From NCBI GenBank assembly GCA_964035545.1, contig OZ037765.1, positions 4,412,698-4,476,697 on the forward strand: a stretch of 64,000 nucleotides of DNA, read 5' to 3'. A model generated the notes under the pieces. That model did no database searches. It saw nothing but the letters and a program-made list of their open reading frames with translations, and was not told the DNA's origin. This DNA comes from Bugula neritina. Its lineage: Eukaryota > Animalia > Bryozoa. Shown here piece by piece: positions 19,701-32,400 of the stretch. The first letter of the stretch is position 1. Each line of letters starts with the position of its first letter. The translations under genes were made by a program, and so were the position numbers.

Positions 19701-22700
19701 TGCTCACAGCCTTCCGTGATGTCATATTAGACTAAGATTAAGTTATCTAAAGATAAACACTTTTAGTGTAGCTATAAAATTCTGGGAATATGACAATCAG
19801 AAAACTGGTTTATTGATCTCTAACACAATTATATAAAGTTTATCAGTGAGATGTGAGATTTGACTACTTTTGATTCTCAGAAACCTTATTTATCATTTTA
19901 ACTGTGCACTAAAGCTAGACACCGTTTTGTTCACTTCAATTTCCTAAACTATTAGACGCATAAAGACTCTTGTTTTGTTAAAGTATCCATTCCTGTGAGT
20001 CCCTGTGATGGTTTTAATGTGATATTGTGACCATCATCGTGGTGGCAACGGCTTTTTGCTGGTAGCACAGGGGCAATTATGACCAGATACCTTTGGCTCA
20101 TTGTCAGTGTCTGTGCATCATACTATACTTTGCCCACTAGACCACATCTGCCCCTTATATAAAATGTTTATGGATTGTCAACTCAAATCCTTGGGTCTTT
20201 CTCTGTAAGTGACCCAAGGATGCCTTTCTTAATTTTTCATTAACAATAAAATAGTGGCTCAAATAAACTCAATTGAATGTTGTTATATAACTATCAACAG
20301 CTTTTTAAATGAACCCAACTGTAAGCTATCAATAATTTCAGCACATCATATGTAACAATGGCTCTGGTATATGATGAAATACTTACATTGAAATCATTTT
20401 GACGGGACTTAAAACTTTTTGGTTTACGTTGAGTTGCTAAAATATCGACGCCTACTAACAATAGTTCATTAGCGCAAAAGCTAAATGTTAAAGTTTGCAA
20501 ATAATATTGGTTGTTGTATTGAAATAAACGTTGCATTTATATGTTCCAACATATCTTCCAGGGTACAGTTATCCGTGTGTACTCAGTGCCTGATGGGGCT
20601 CGTCTGTTTGATTTAAGAAGAGGCCTCAAAAGGTGAGAGTTCAAGATGCCTCAATAGCAAAATCTGTGTTTAAAGTTCAATTTGTTATTAAATTTGTTTA
20701 ATAAAGAACAGAAGCTGCTAACTGAAACTAGATTGGTTGTTTGAGCAGTAAATTTTACTCATTGTATGAAACTTCTTAAGAAGTGTTTGTTACATCCATA
20801 AGACTTTTACTTACTCTTTGTTATGAACTCTGGCTAATCTATAATGTACATGTATCATAAATGTATCAGATATATGGTATATATCCTGTATATAGATGTG
20901 TACTGTTGTATCCTGTACATACATGTGTACTGTTGTATGCTGTATATAGATGTGTACTGTTGTATCCTGTATATAGATGTGTACTGTTGTATCCTGTACA
21001 TACATGTGTACTGTTGTATGCTGTAGGTGTGTTTCCATCTCATCACTAGCCTTCAGCTCTGACAGTCTACATCTCGGTGCTTCCAGCAACACGGAAACTG
21101 TTCACATCTTCAAGCTGGAAACTCAAGCACAGCCGTAAGTATCACACTTCTCTGTATCTACTGTCTACTCTTACTTACTTTTATCGTAAGTTATATTTGC
21201 TTTTCACCTACTTCCGTCATCTTTCCAAGAGTCGTAATAAATGTAATAATTTTAAGAGTTAACTTCTCTTGAATTAAAGTCAAACGCATTTTTTGTCAAA
21301 CTCTGATATTGAGTAAAATCGGAGCAATTTTTAAAATGATAAAAGACATTTTTAAACAAGAAAAAATATGAACTGAAGTTGTGTGGTTTTTAAACAGATT
21401 GAATTCAAACACAAACTTTGACGTACCCTCCTTCTGAATTATCATTAGTCAAATTTTCTGTAAATACCAAAAATAATAAGTTTTGATAAATGTGGACAAT
21501 TATGCAATGCTGTAAGCCAACACGGCAAGTATGATGATCTGTTAGGAGTTCGACTCACAAGGAAGAAACTCCAAACACGTGGACTGGGTACCTTACAAGC
21601 GCCATGAAGTCATCTGCGGCAGCCTACCTCCCATCCCCCGTAACAGATATGTTTAGTCAGGACAGAGCCTTTGCTACGTGCAGACTAGAGGCGTCTGGTA
21701 TGAGGACTCTGTGTGCATTCTCGTCAATACGAGACGTGCCTTATGTGTTTGTGGTGACCGAGGATGGACAACTGCATATCTTTACACTGGATCCACTTAA
21801 AGGTGGAGAATGCGTCGAAGTTGCCAGGCATAGGTGAGTCATCTCCCTTGTGTTTACTTCCTGTCACCATGACAACAAAGCCTTCTGTATATCAGTATGA
21901 AAGCTGTATGGTTAGATTTAAACCTTGCCTAGATCTCCATAGTATTTCAATGTCTCCAGATATGTTTAACAAAGTATTTGAGTAAAGAGTGCGATTAGTA
22001 AGCAAAGGGCTGCCACTACAGCTGAAAACTAGAATAAATAAGTGGAGCCATAAAGTTTTATCTTTACTCTTAAATTGTTTTTATTTGGCTTCTGGACTAA
22101 GTGTTAGACATGTGTGGTCACCTTCTACTGCAAGCTGCCAGAGGTATTGAACTAGGTAGGTAATGTACTGCTTAGTTTGCTTAGTTTTGCCTGACCTGCT
22201 CGTCTAGTCTCGAGTTACTTTATAGGATTGACGAGTTTGTCCAGCCACCAGCCCACGTATCCTCCCCTCCAACAGACCGACCTCTCACTAGTCCTAGTCG
22301 AAAGCAAGACTCGCCTGCCTCAGGTAATATCCAATACACTAGGTTATTTGTGTGCTACACTGTGCTACGCTATACTGTGCTGTAATATATTGTGATGTGC
22401 TATTATTGTCCTATAGTATATTGTGATGTGCTATACTGCGCTATGCTACCCTGTGCCATGCTATACTAAACTGTGCTATGCTAAACTGTGCTATGCTAAA
22501 CTGTGCTATGCTATATTGTACTATTATTATTTGCATTTACTGCACATAATAAAGATTTATAGCTGTTGGCAGTCATTTCTCAGTGGTTTATATTTCCTTG
22601 TTTGCATGTCATAATCATCTATGTAATGTATCACTAAGTCATGTTTATGATACCGCAAAATGTTTAGTTACCTGATAGGACTTGAGAAGCCTTGTACGAG

Positions 22701-23522
22701 TATTTGACTTTGCCAAATCAGAAGCCTTGTTGTGACTCAATGGCTATTCTAGACAATTTTTCTAAATAAAAGCTTCCTTTATCTGGAATTCTAATTTGGG
22801 TTAAAACTTATAAAATTGTTTAAAAGGGAGCAGTAATGGTCTAGGGGTTGGAGCGTTTGCCTAGTAAACGCGAGGTCATGGGTTCGAGCCCAGACAAAGG
22901 CCATTGGTGATGTTAGGAAGAGCATCCAGATCGATCTCAGCGAGATCTGAGGTCGATCCATGGAAAGCCGGTGAATTGCTCCGGTGCCTCATTTAAATAA
23001 GTCCTTAGCTCGCTTTAACAAAAACCCTTTCCATTAGGGGTTTCTTACAGGGATAGCAATTAGCAACTATAAACTTTCGTGAGTTATAAAATTTTATAAA
23101 CATTTACAGATATAATAGATGATAGAATTGTATATTTCAGCTATTTCCTGGTAAGCAATGCTTAATGTCTCCCAGCAGTCCTTCATGTTGCTCTACTTTC
23201 TAGCATATGACTAACACAACAACTCTACTTTTTCTCCATCATAATAATCAATTGTTTTAGCCAAGGACTGGCAAAAGTTGCTTAAAATAATAATACTTTC
23301 CGTTTGATAATACTTCTTGTTTAAGTATTCATTTTAAATACTTTATTTTTGGTAACAAATATTTGCTCGACAAAAAATAAAATAAATTTAAAGTGATGTT
23401 AGATAATAGAATTTTATCTCAAATTTCACTTTATAGATTCACAATCATACCATGACGTTGAAACTGGTAGTCCCCCAGCAGACCTCAAACTGGATGATGA
23501 CTCCGAATTCCCACCAATGTGA
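16740..23522 (+). CDS. WIPI2: WD repeat phosphoinositide-interacting protein, WIPI1/2 (Atg18) class
   Basis: Exons 16740-16807, 17465-17547, 17903-18072, 19043-19234, 19597-19689, 20562-20632, 21027-21134, 21546-21833, 22226-22323, 23437-23522. Motifs [55 protein letters not shown]-terminal [12 protein letters not shown]. Confidence 0.95.
19985..20155 (-). mobile_element. Diverged copy of the same SINE (WIPI2 intron)
   Basis: CACAGGGGCAATTATGACCAGATAC aligns with CACAGGAGCAATTATGACTGGATGC of copy 1; degenerate head (CTAGACCACATCTGCCCC) and tail remain. Confidence 0.55.
20880..21026. repeat. 27-bp minisatellite ending at a WIPI2 splice acceptor
   Basis: Units TGTGTACTGTTGTATCCTGTATATAGA; the last unit ends in CTGTAG, the acceptor. 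Confidence 0.9.
22826..23085 (+). mobile_element. tRNA-Thr(AGT)-derived SINE, copy 2, with a ~40-bp internal hairpin insertion
   Basis: A box TGGTCTAGGGGTT, anticodon arm GCCTAGTAAAC, B box GGTTCGAGCCC, core GTTAGGAAGAGCATCCAG; TSD TTATAAAATTGTTTAAA / TTATAAAATTTTATAAA. Confidence 0.88.
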
Positions 23523-24423
23523 ACAATTGATGTCTTCTGTGGGAAAGACTCGTACTGCTGGCTACAGACACGGCAATAAACCTCATATGCTCAACAAAAA
23601 GATATACCAGAAGCTGGGCCATAGATTTCTACCTGCTTGTTTCACGTAGCCTGTACAATGGCCAGAGAAAACTATGCAATAGTACATTTTAAACTTCAGC
23701 CTCGCCAATCAGTTGAAGAGAAGATGTCATATGGCTGCGTGACTTGTGGTTGGCTGAAAACTGATTAGTGCCTTTATGGGCTAACTTGTCCAGCTTCCAT
23801 CTTGGCCCCTTCAGTTTGTATATTTATTATAGTTTTATTAGATTCTGCAAGTAAGTTTCTCCTCAAATACAATACAAGATATATGCTGCGTAGAGATATG
23901 TACATGAAACCATTTTATATTCGGCTATATACATTGTCGATACATTTTATGATTTTTTTAAAGAGTGTCAATGGCATTGTTTTCTATTATTTATCCTTTT
24001 GTTACTGGATGAGCAGAGCATGCTTTTTGATGTTGCTATAACCAAGTATAATTTGCATTTCTTGTCAGCAAAAATTTTGAATTATTATTTAAAATGTATA
24101 TCACAATTATATAACTGCTAAAGTCAGAAATGGATGTAAAAATATCAACTTCAACTATATCTAAGCCAGTAGATTTTTATATATAAAATATCAAGTATCA
24201 AAAAAAATTGTAATTATTTATATTCATGGATTTGTACAGTTGTTTATCTGATAGAGAAACATTTGACAATAAAAGTACTGATTTATCTATGAATTTTCAT
24301 ATTTTAAATAAAACTAGTTTCACTAATGCATGGTAAAGTATTACAGACTGTGTGAGATTGATGTATCCTAGAGAAATTAAATTTGCCTACAGCTCTGTCT
24401 GACACGGAATATAATATGTGTCG

Positions 24424-25889
24424 CTATTCACCCAAGTACAAGGGGTGTATACCAGTCTTCTTATTAAGTTTCACTTTACACAGGGGGCAACACTTAGTGG
24501 TGGCAATAGTCAATGTAATACAAGCATCACAAAATATATGTCCGCATTTGGTAGACATCAGCTGCCTTCCATCCCGACGTATCTACAAGGCAGCAGTATA
24601 TACACAATAATATAGACAGCAAACAGTTGTCTTTCAGCACAGTTTGGTAAACACTTTGGTACAGCTATTATAAAGTAACAATCACTTAAAATTAGGTTCT
24701 GCTGTAATAACCAATGAAAAATCTTGCAATATTCAACATAATAGTAGTAACTTGTAAAAACAATCTTATGGATCTATTGCTGCCAGTTGCAAAACGTGGA
24801 GAGTTTGCTTATAAGACACACCATGAGTAAACACTAACTAGCACACAGCAATACACTTACAGTCCTCTCATGATCAAAACACACTGGACATGTGATCATT
24901 TTTCTTTTAGGCGTTGAATCACACTCGGTTTGTTTGTCATCAGTTATTCTGCAATAATTAAATTGATAAATTTATTTAGTTTAATAAAAAAAAAATAACA
25001 CCACCAGTTAAACACAGTTACTGGACTCCGGTGCTAAAATAATAATGCATAAGAATTTGTATAAATCCCTCTTGCATATGATTAATCAGAAGTTGATGTC
25101 TGTTCCAACGCCCAGATATTAGTAATCAGTACAGAAGCAATAAAGGTGAGGGCAACTTAACAGTATTTTCCAAATCACTTTCTATAAAGCTGACTATTTT
25201 CAAGTATATTTTACATACTTTCTTTTGTGGTTTTCTTTTTCTATCACAATGACATCAGTATCTGTAATGAAATTAACACTTCAACAATGCTTCCGGATAC
25301 AACACTTCTAAAAAGCTATAATTTGAAGCAAAAGAGCAAGAAGTTGATTTTGTACAGAGAATTGAGCAGCAGCTGAAGAGATAATTTGTTGACAAACTTA
25401 CCTTTTTGCTTTGAAGTGCTGACAGCAACCAATAAAGCGTCATCATCTATAATAAGAGTATTCACAATTAAATTATGTAGACTGCTATTTTTAGTAAGGC
25501 TCGCTCAAACGATTATACGACAATCAACAAAATAGAAGACTAGAATAATATACTCGCGAATTAATAAAATTTTAGGCTGGCCAGCAATAATAAATCATAA
25601 TAGTGAAAAGTCGACAAATTCAAGCAAATAAAAACCTAACTTTCTCAGTATAAACCTATGCAAATAGACATGCACCTGGAGGTGGCTGCCTGGGAGTTCG
25701 ACGTCTTCCCCGTTTCACCATAGTTACAACTACATCATCATCACTAGATAGATCTATTGTACTGCTTTGTTGCTCTGATATGCTTGTGTCTGTGTCATCT
25801 AACACTACGACAGCATCGCTGGCTGCCGTTGAGCTAGAGGAACTCACTATAGGCGACGACAAATCTATAGGTTCTGCTTCAGAACTCAT
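24424..25889 (-). CDS. RNF4: SUMO-targeted E3 ubiquitin ligase RNF4
   Basis: Exons 25889-25676, 25446-25402, 25261-25219, 24948-24861, 24582-24424. SIMs EPIDLS, VVVLDD, TIDLS, DDVVVT, DVIVIE. C-terminal RING ITCPVCFD...STKCGHIFCDAC...CPLCKVKLNKKTGIHPLYLGE*. Confidence 0.92.
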
Positions 25890-28504
25890 TGTTATTGTAT
25901 TCTAAAACATGCAGAAAATTCATAATTTCTTTATTTACAAGATTTTCTGCGTAACATGATTACTTTTATGATTTAATGAGTTGAACTTGCTTATTATCAT
26001 TAAGTTATTATTTATTGATTTATATTTTTATATTATGATCATAATAGTAGTTACTGTCATCACTATTAAGTTTCAACCATAAAGCATACATAGGCAGAAT
26101 GATGGAGGGAATCATAATCATGAGTCATATTCCACGTAAAAATTTCAAGGCCAGGAAAAAGCTGAGCTATAACATACCATTACTCATATAGTGATAGCCG
26201 TATACTTATACTTACACTTATAGTAGTAGTTAATAACTAACTTAGAGTCAGAGATACAGAAAAAATATCAGGATGGCTATCACTATCATAATGGTAGTGA
26301 TAATCATCCTCATCATTATGATACGCATACTCATACTGATTGTGTTAGAGGTAGTTACTAACAGTAACTCTAAAAAACTAGTATGGCAATTACAAACTTA
26401 GTAAGCGACATAGCTATACTCATAGTTATACTTATACTTATAGTATCGAGATAATTAATAGTAATGCTAATACTATAACTATTACCACTACTATAACTGT
26501 AGAGTAACTGTAAGACTGAGTGTATAAATATCAAATTTATATAATTTAATTTATATTATTATTGTACTAAAAATAAATTACTAATGGCGCTATAATCATA
26601 TAACCATAATGATAATGATAATGGTTATGTCAATCACTCAATGATGATGTCATTATAATTATATGTTAGTTAAAATAATTATAATATTCTTATTAAAATT
26701 AAATTTTATTCTTAAAGTTATACTAATACTTATACTATTACTACTAGTAATAGACATAGTATTACTATTAGTATTAGTATTACTATTAGTTTATTACAAT
26801 TACTATTAGTAATTGAATTAGTAATCAAATAGTCAATCACAATAGTAATAAGTAATAACTTTAACTAATACAATTTGAGTTGGTGTTAGTCATAGTCATA
26901 GTCATACTCATAGTGGTAGTCACTATCAATATGAATATTATAATTATAGTGATAGTCTAACTCTAAGTCATAATGTTAGACACGTTTGATGTTTAGGTCA
27001 TTAAAGTTATAGGCCAAAGTTATCTTGTTAAAAATCGAATGTTTGTCCAAAACAGCTGAATTTAAGTAATAGCTTTGGCATTTAATTAATAACCTGTGTA
27101 CATTAGTACAGCAAAGTTTTTAATTAAAACTGCTAGGGGAAAGCAGGGGCAGTTTCAGATTAATAATCATTAATGCCTCCGAATTAAATAAAGATTCAGT
27201 ATCGGGTGCAACAATAAGTTAGTTTGAGTCTATACTTGTGTTGTTGTATAAATGCGGTACCTCTGCACAACCTCCATATATTTTATACTATTTCTTCTAC
27301 TGCCTCTATTTTACAGCATTTTGTTCCCCAACACGCGTGAAAGTTACTGCAGAGTCATCTTACCTATATAAGTAGAGAAGCAATAGTTTTATTATAGCTT
27401 TCAATTCAGAGTTATGTTCCCTATAACAAATATATTTGAAAACAGTTATGAATAATGAAGCTCTACATTTCAGCAAACAAACATATTGTTATACCATATA
27501 AGCGTGCAATCAGCAATTCAGCTATTTTTAAGACCCCAATTTGCACCAGCTTTCATCTTGCAAATTCTCTTACTTCACGCATAGTGTGTGGCTCAAAATA
27601 CTTGACTTTTCTAATTGACTCCCACCCCATCATTAGCATATTAGAATACATAATAGTACATTATATTTACTTTACTTTGACTCTTTACCCAGTTAAATGT
27701 AAGTCAGTAAGTCATCTTTGCAACGCATGTGCACAAGTGTGTGTGTGTTTATATATATTATTCTTTTTTATAAATGTTACAGGAAAATTTTTACTAGTAA
27801 CTCATAGTAAAGAGACATATTGTAAGATCTTGAATATATATATAGCACACAGCCACAACAATATTCGTAGATTGAGCCATAGTATTAATAATAAATAATA
27901 AGTGCTTGAGCACTCTGGAAGCTCAAGTCTGAATTTGTATAAGTTATGGTATTACGTTTTGTTCTCATCCCACTACCCGAACAGGACAAAGCGGAAATAG
28001 GTGAGAAAAATTGCGTTTTGTTCTCATGACTCGTAATTACTGTAAAATATTATCTGTTATAGAGTATCTTATTTGGCTTGTGTGATATGCACTTACAGAA
28101 ATACAAATAGGAGCAGTGATTATCACAATGCTACATGATTTGCATGATATTTAGCTAAACCAGGTGTTAGTTTTCCAACCAGTTAAGAATATGTGACTTT
28201 TAACACAACAGCTGATAAAACATAAGACCTCAAAAATAGGGCTTTGGAATTTGCCACTAAAACAAACAGTAAGCAATGAGCATGTTGGGTTATTTGCCCA
28301 AAATGCTCTGACAAAATATCTTGCAATAAAACTTAGGTGGTGTAGTGTTATAGATTGCTGACATTATTACACCGTGGCAAACTATCTGTGTTATTTTTTA
28401 CTATATTTTAAAGCCTTAAGCCTGTTCTGCTATATATATTAAAACAGCAAAATAGTTATCAATATAATGTTAAAAGTATTTTAGCTTTTGAAAACATTTT
28501 GAAC

Positions 28505-28592
28505 TACACACACGTACATGCATATGCACACACACAAGCACACACACACAAGCATACATTTGCACACGCACGTTTGTGCGCCTGTGTGTGTG
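28505..28592. repeat. Degenerate (CA)n/(TG)n microsatellite
   Basis: Directly visible. Confidence 0.8.
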
Positions 28593-28764
28593 ACACTTTG
28601 AATATCCACAGAAAATAAATATTTAGAGACTAAGCAATGTACTTCAGTGTAGTGCAAACATTTTATTGTCCAATAATTATAAAAACAATGATAATAAAAC
28701 AAAAAATTAAAAAACATATTTTTGATTTTATATATAGATAAAAAATACTTAAGCCACATTACAC

Positions 28765-29310
28765 TCATGCAACTACATAATTAGCACTTTTTCTTGGAGA
28801 GTTGATACCAACTGTATTGCCTACTACGCCAACAGAGGCGGCTCCACCTGAACCCCAGGCCTGGATGTGATTTATTACTTTACTATTTTTATTACCCTGG
28901 TTACTATAGGCCGTCTTACTACTATAGCTACTATATCTGCTTCCTGCACGACGCTTATTGCAATGTTGTGGCGTAGTCGGCGGTACTCGTTGAAGATAGG
29001 CTGTCGGGCCAAAATATTCGTTTGCTTCTAAGGGTCTCAGTCTAGACCTGACTAAACCTCTGGCTACAAAGTTTTTGATCGACGATCGTGTCTCGTCATA
29101 CAAATGGCGCGTGTCTGGCCGGGGTATTATGTCAAGGTTAGGTCTGGCAAACTTGATTGTAGTGCTGCCATGCTGACAGCTCTGTTTGTTTACAGGAACG
29201 TAAATGCTGACCACTTTGTTGTTGTGCTCTGGGTACTGAAATGTGTGCTTGTAGGTCACATCTGGTGCAACCTTCACCCCATCAAATGTTTCCTCTAAAC
29301 CCACCGGCAT
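28765..29310 (-). CDS. Uncharacterised 181-aa protein, single coding exon
   Basis: Long GC-elevated ORF preceded directly by an acceptor (TTCATAG|ATG); upstream donor GAT|GTGAGT at ~29796; no recognisable domain. Confidence 0.65.
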   Translation of the reverse strand: MPVGLEETFDGVKVAPDVTYKHTFQYPEHNNKVVSIYVPVNKQSCQHGSTTIKFARPNLDIIPRPDTRHLYDETRSSIKNFVARGLVRSRLRPLEANEYFGPTAYLQRVPPTTPQHCNKRRAGSRYSSYSSKTAYSNQGNKNSKVINHIQAWGSGGAASVGVVGNTVGINSPRKSANYVVA

Positions 29311-30482
29311 CTATGAATAATGTGGATAAATTATAAATGCCTAATATTTGTGAGTTTAAATTATAATTCGCCACATGTATTACATATTTCCTTTACACAC
29401 CTTAATCACATGATATTATATGTACTTGTAAATTAATTAACAAATTTAAACTGACATTTTATTATATTTCTCACTTTTCTCACCTAGACTGCTGTAATCT
29501 GAAGGAGTAGCCATAATATAATATATTATTACATATTATTGTTGCTAAATAAATTGATTTAAATATTATATAAGATTTGATTTTATCATATCATAAATTA
29601 TTTGCAATAATTCGTCTTTATGTTAAGCAAAATTACAAACAGATGAAAAAAACTAACATGTGTGCTATCACTTTATCAGCATGCACAGAATAAGAACTAT
29701 ATAAATGCACACATTTACAAGACACGCCAATTTGATAATATACTATAACTTCATTAAATGGTAATTTTTAGTAAATATATTATAACAAATACTCACATCT
29801 GCCAATCTTAGCAAATCAGCATAAATTAATTTGTTGAACTAAATATGCATAAACACTTTTAGCGGTGATGTCATTGATATTCGCTGTTTAATTATACTAT
29901 ATAGATAATATATTATATTGTCACAAATAAAAGTTTTCAATATAAGTAGTATTACTAAGGCACCAGTTTTAAGCTCTAGGTTATATGTTCTACCAAGTAC
30001 TATATTGAAAAACTCAACACTTATAAGTAAATACTTGTAGCCAACTAGGAATGTTCCGGTATGTGCAACCATATACTGTGTAATCAATGGGCATAATATT
30101 TGCAAGTGCGCAAACTGTGTTATCTTAATATACATATCCAATTTATCAAGATTGTTTAAGTTTAATTGAATTAATTGATTCCATTGAAATTGACCTATTA
30201 TGTAGTTAGGGTAAATTCACAAATAAACATTGGCTTACAAAAAGGCTCCTGCACGTAGGGTAAATGTAAATGGCATCATTAGATTTCCATAAAGGTCACA
30301 TGACAAAGGTGCAACTTGAAATTGGATGTGTGTGTGTGTTTTAAAAAAGTGCATTATATTTTACTTAGTATATTTAGATGAGGTCTTTGAGCTTTATTAA
30401 TATAAAATAAAGCATTAAAGGTATCATAATTTCCAATTTTAAAGTGAGAAAAAATACAGGGAATGATATATGATAACATTCT

Positions 30483-30686
30483 GAGGAGCAGCTGTGGCTA
30501 GGGGTTAGAGTGTTTGCCTATTAAATACGAAGTCATGGATTCAAACTCTCGTAAACACCATTGGTGGTGTTAGGAAGAGCATCCAGTCATAATTGCTTTT
30601 GTGCCCCATATGAATAAGTCCTTAGCCCGCTTTAAAAAACCCTTTCCATCCGGGTTTTCTCACAGGGATGGCGACTCTTGTGAGTT
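30483..30686 (+). mobile_element. tRNA-derived SINE, copy 3
   Basis: GGAGCAGCTGTGGCTAGGGGTTAGAG...GTTAGGAAGAGCATCCAGTCATAATTGC...TCACAGGGATGGCGACT. Confidence 0.85.
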
Positions 30687-32400
30687 TTTATGTTATAACG
30701 ATATAGCTTACTTTAAAGAGTTTCCAAAAGAATAACCTCTGTTTAGTCATCTTTCAAATGTGACTGATAGTGTTTGTACTTATAATATCAAAGTTGAGAC
30801 ATTCACATTGAATTATTTCATTTTCAATCCAAAAGTATAAACTGACTCACTGCAGTACATTTGAATTTTTTGTTTCGGCTAATGCATCATTGCTATATGA
30901 CCTTACTTAGCCAGGAAAGCTGAACATACTCAGAATTTGCATAGCAAGTGACCCCCAAATATTGCATGACTCATAGAAAGCACTTTTTGAAAGTATACAT
31001 ATTATAACTTACTATAAACAAGTATTGAAAGCCAACATTACCAGACTCTTAGTTTGTCTCACAATATAAACTAGCAGACACTTCAGAAAAGCCTGATAAT
31101 CAGTCTACAATGTGCTGCAATTCTGTGAAGAGGTAATAATATTTCCATGTATCTGAGTTGCTGAGCAAAGTTATTAGACAGCATGGCTTCACAAGTTAAT
31201 CACATTTGTAACATGCAAGTATTGAGGCTCTCAAATACACTGAGCTGTTAATTTTCTAAATTACTTGTTTGGAAGTGTGAAAAATAATAAATTTAATATT
31301 TGATGAAACATGCAGAACATTTGTTTTCTCTGTTATTGCTAAAACCCACTATTTAATATATTACAATATATACCGAATAATAATATAAGCAGATTATTAA
31401 AATAAGCATGTGCCTAAAAAGATAGACAACTCCTGTCTTCATCATTACTGACAGATCTGCATAAGTTAATTTTACTGTTACTCAGTCTATGAGTTTAGAA
31501 GTAGTGGTAAACCCCCCCCCCCCCATCAACTCTACTACCCCCAACACAAACGTACATTGTTAAGTTAGTAGTTTTCTCAGTTGCAAGCTGTAAGGTGAAT
31601 TAAGAAATGATTTATGTTGCATAATTTACTAAGTATAAGCTTCAATTTCACCTAAATTTATATATAAAGGTTTTGCTTTGTACTCAATGCAGATACTGAT
31701 TTCCTTTTCTAGCAACTATAAACATTTAATTCATCAAAAACTGTGGGCATGAATTTGAAATTTTGGTAGCGTGTTAATGATAAAAATATATGCCAGAAAT
31801 ACAAGCAACCATATATACAAGCAAAAAGCAAAATAATGAAAAATTATAATCTTTATTACACTTAGACTATCATAAAATACTGAAAAATGAATGTAAGACT
31901 GGTATATAATCAAATATATAAAAGATTTACTCACAACTTGGGAAAACTTGGTAAAAGAAATAAAATGCAATTTGAAAACTCAATTTAACCATTAAATTGC
32001 GTAATATAAAGATATTTTGAGAAAATAGAAAAAACATTGACAGAAACCGCTATAGAATATTATTTGATGATACATTCTTGGAATTATCTTCTCAATATCC
32101 TGTCCCTTAGATGGCAATGACTGCAGCCTATCAGTATGTAGTAGCATGTCACCATGGAGATTAAATCATATCTCAATGTCTATTTATCTTGGGGAGAATT
32201 TTAGTCATATTTCACCAAATAACTGATCCCAAATGTTTGTTGAACTTAGTATGAACATCAGAAAGAGGCTGAGACTGTAGCATGAAACACAGTATATCTC
32301 AGTACAGGTAGCGCATACAATAAATAGCTGGTGTATATGATTATGTTTGGAAGACCGTATGAGGATAGGGTGGGGGTGGGGTGGGAGGTGTCTTGCAACA

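Noticed and set aside
22826-22900. tRNA-Thr gene
   Set aside because: A/B boxes are present but the acceptor stem is not intact, and the head continues into a shared multicopy body with TSDs: a SINE.
27455-27898. 147-aa plus-strand ORF
   Set aside because: Intron-like AT-rich composition including a GT repeat; no motifs or splice support.
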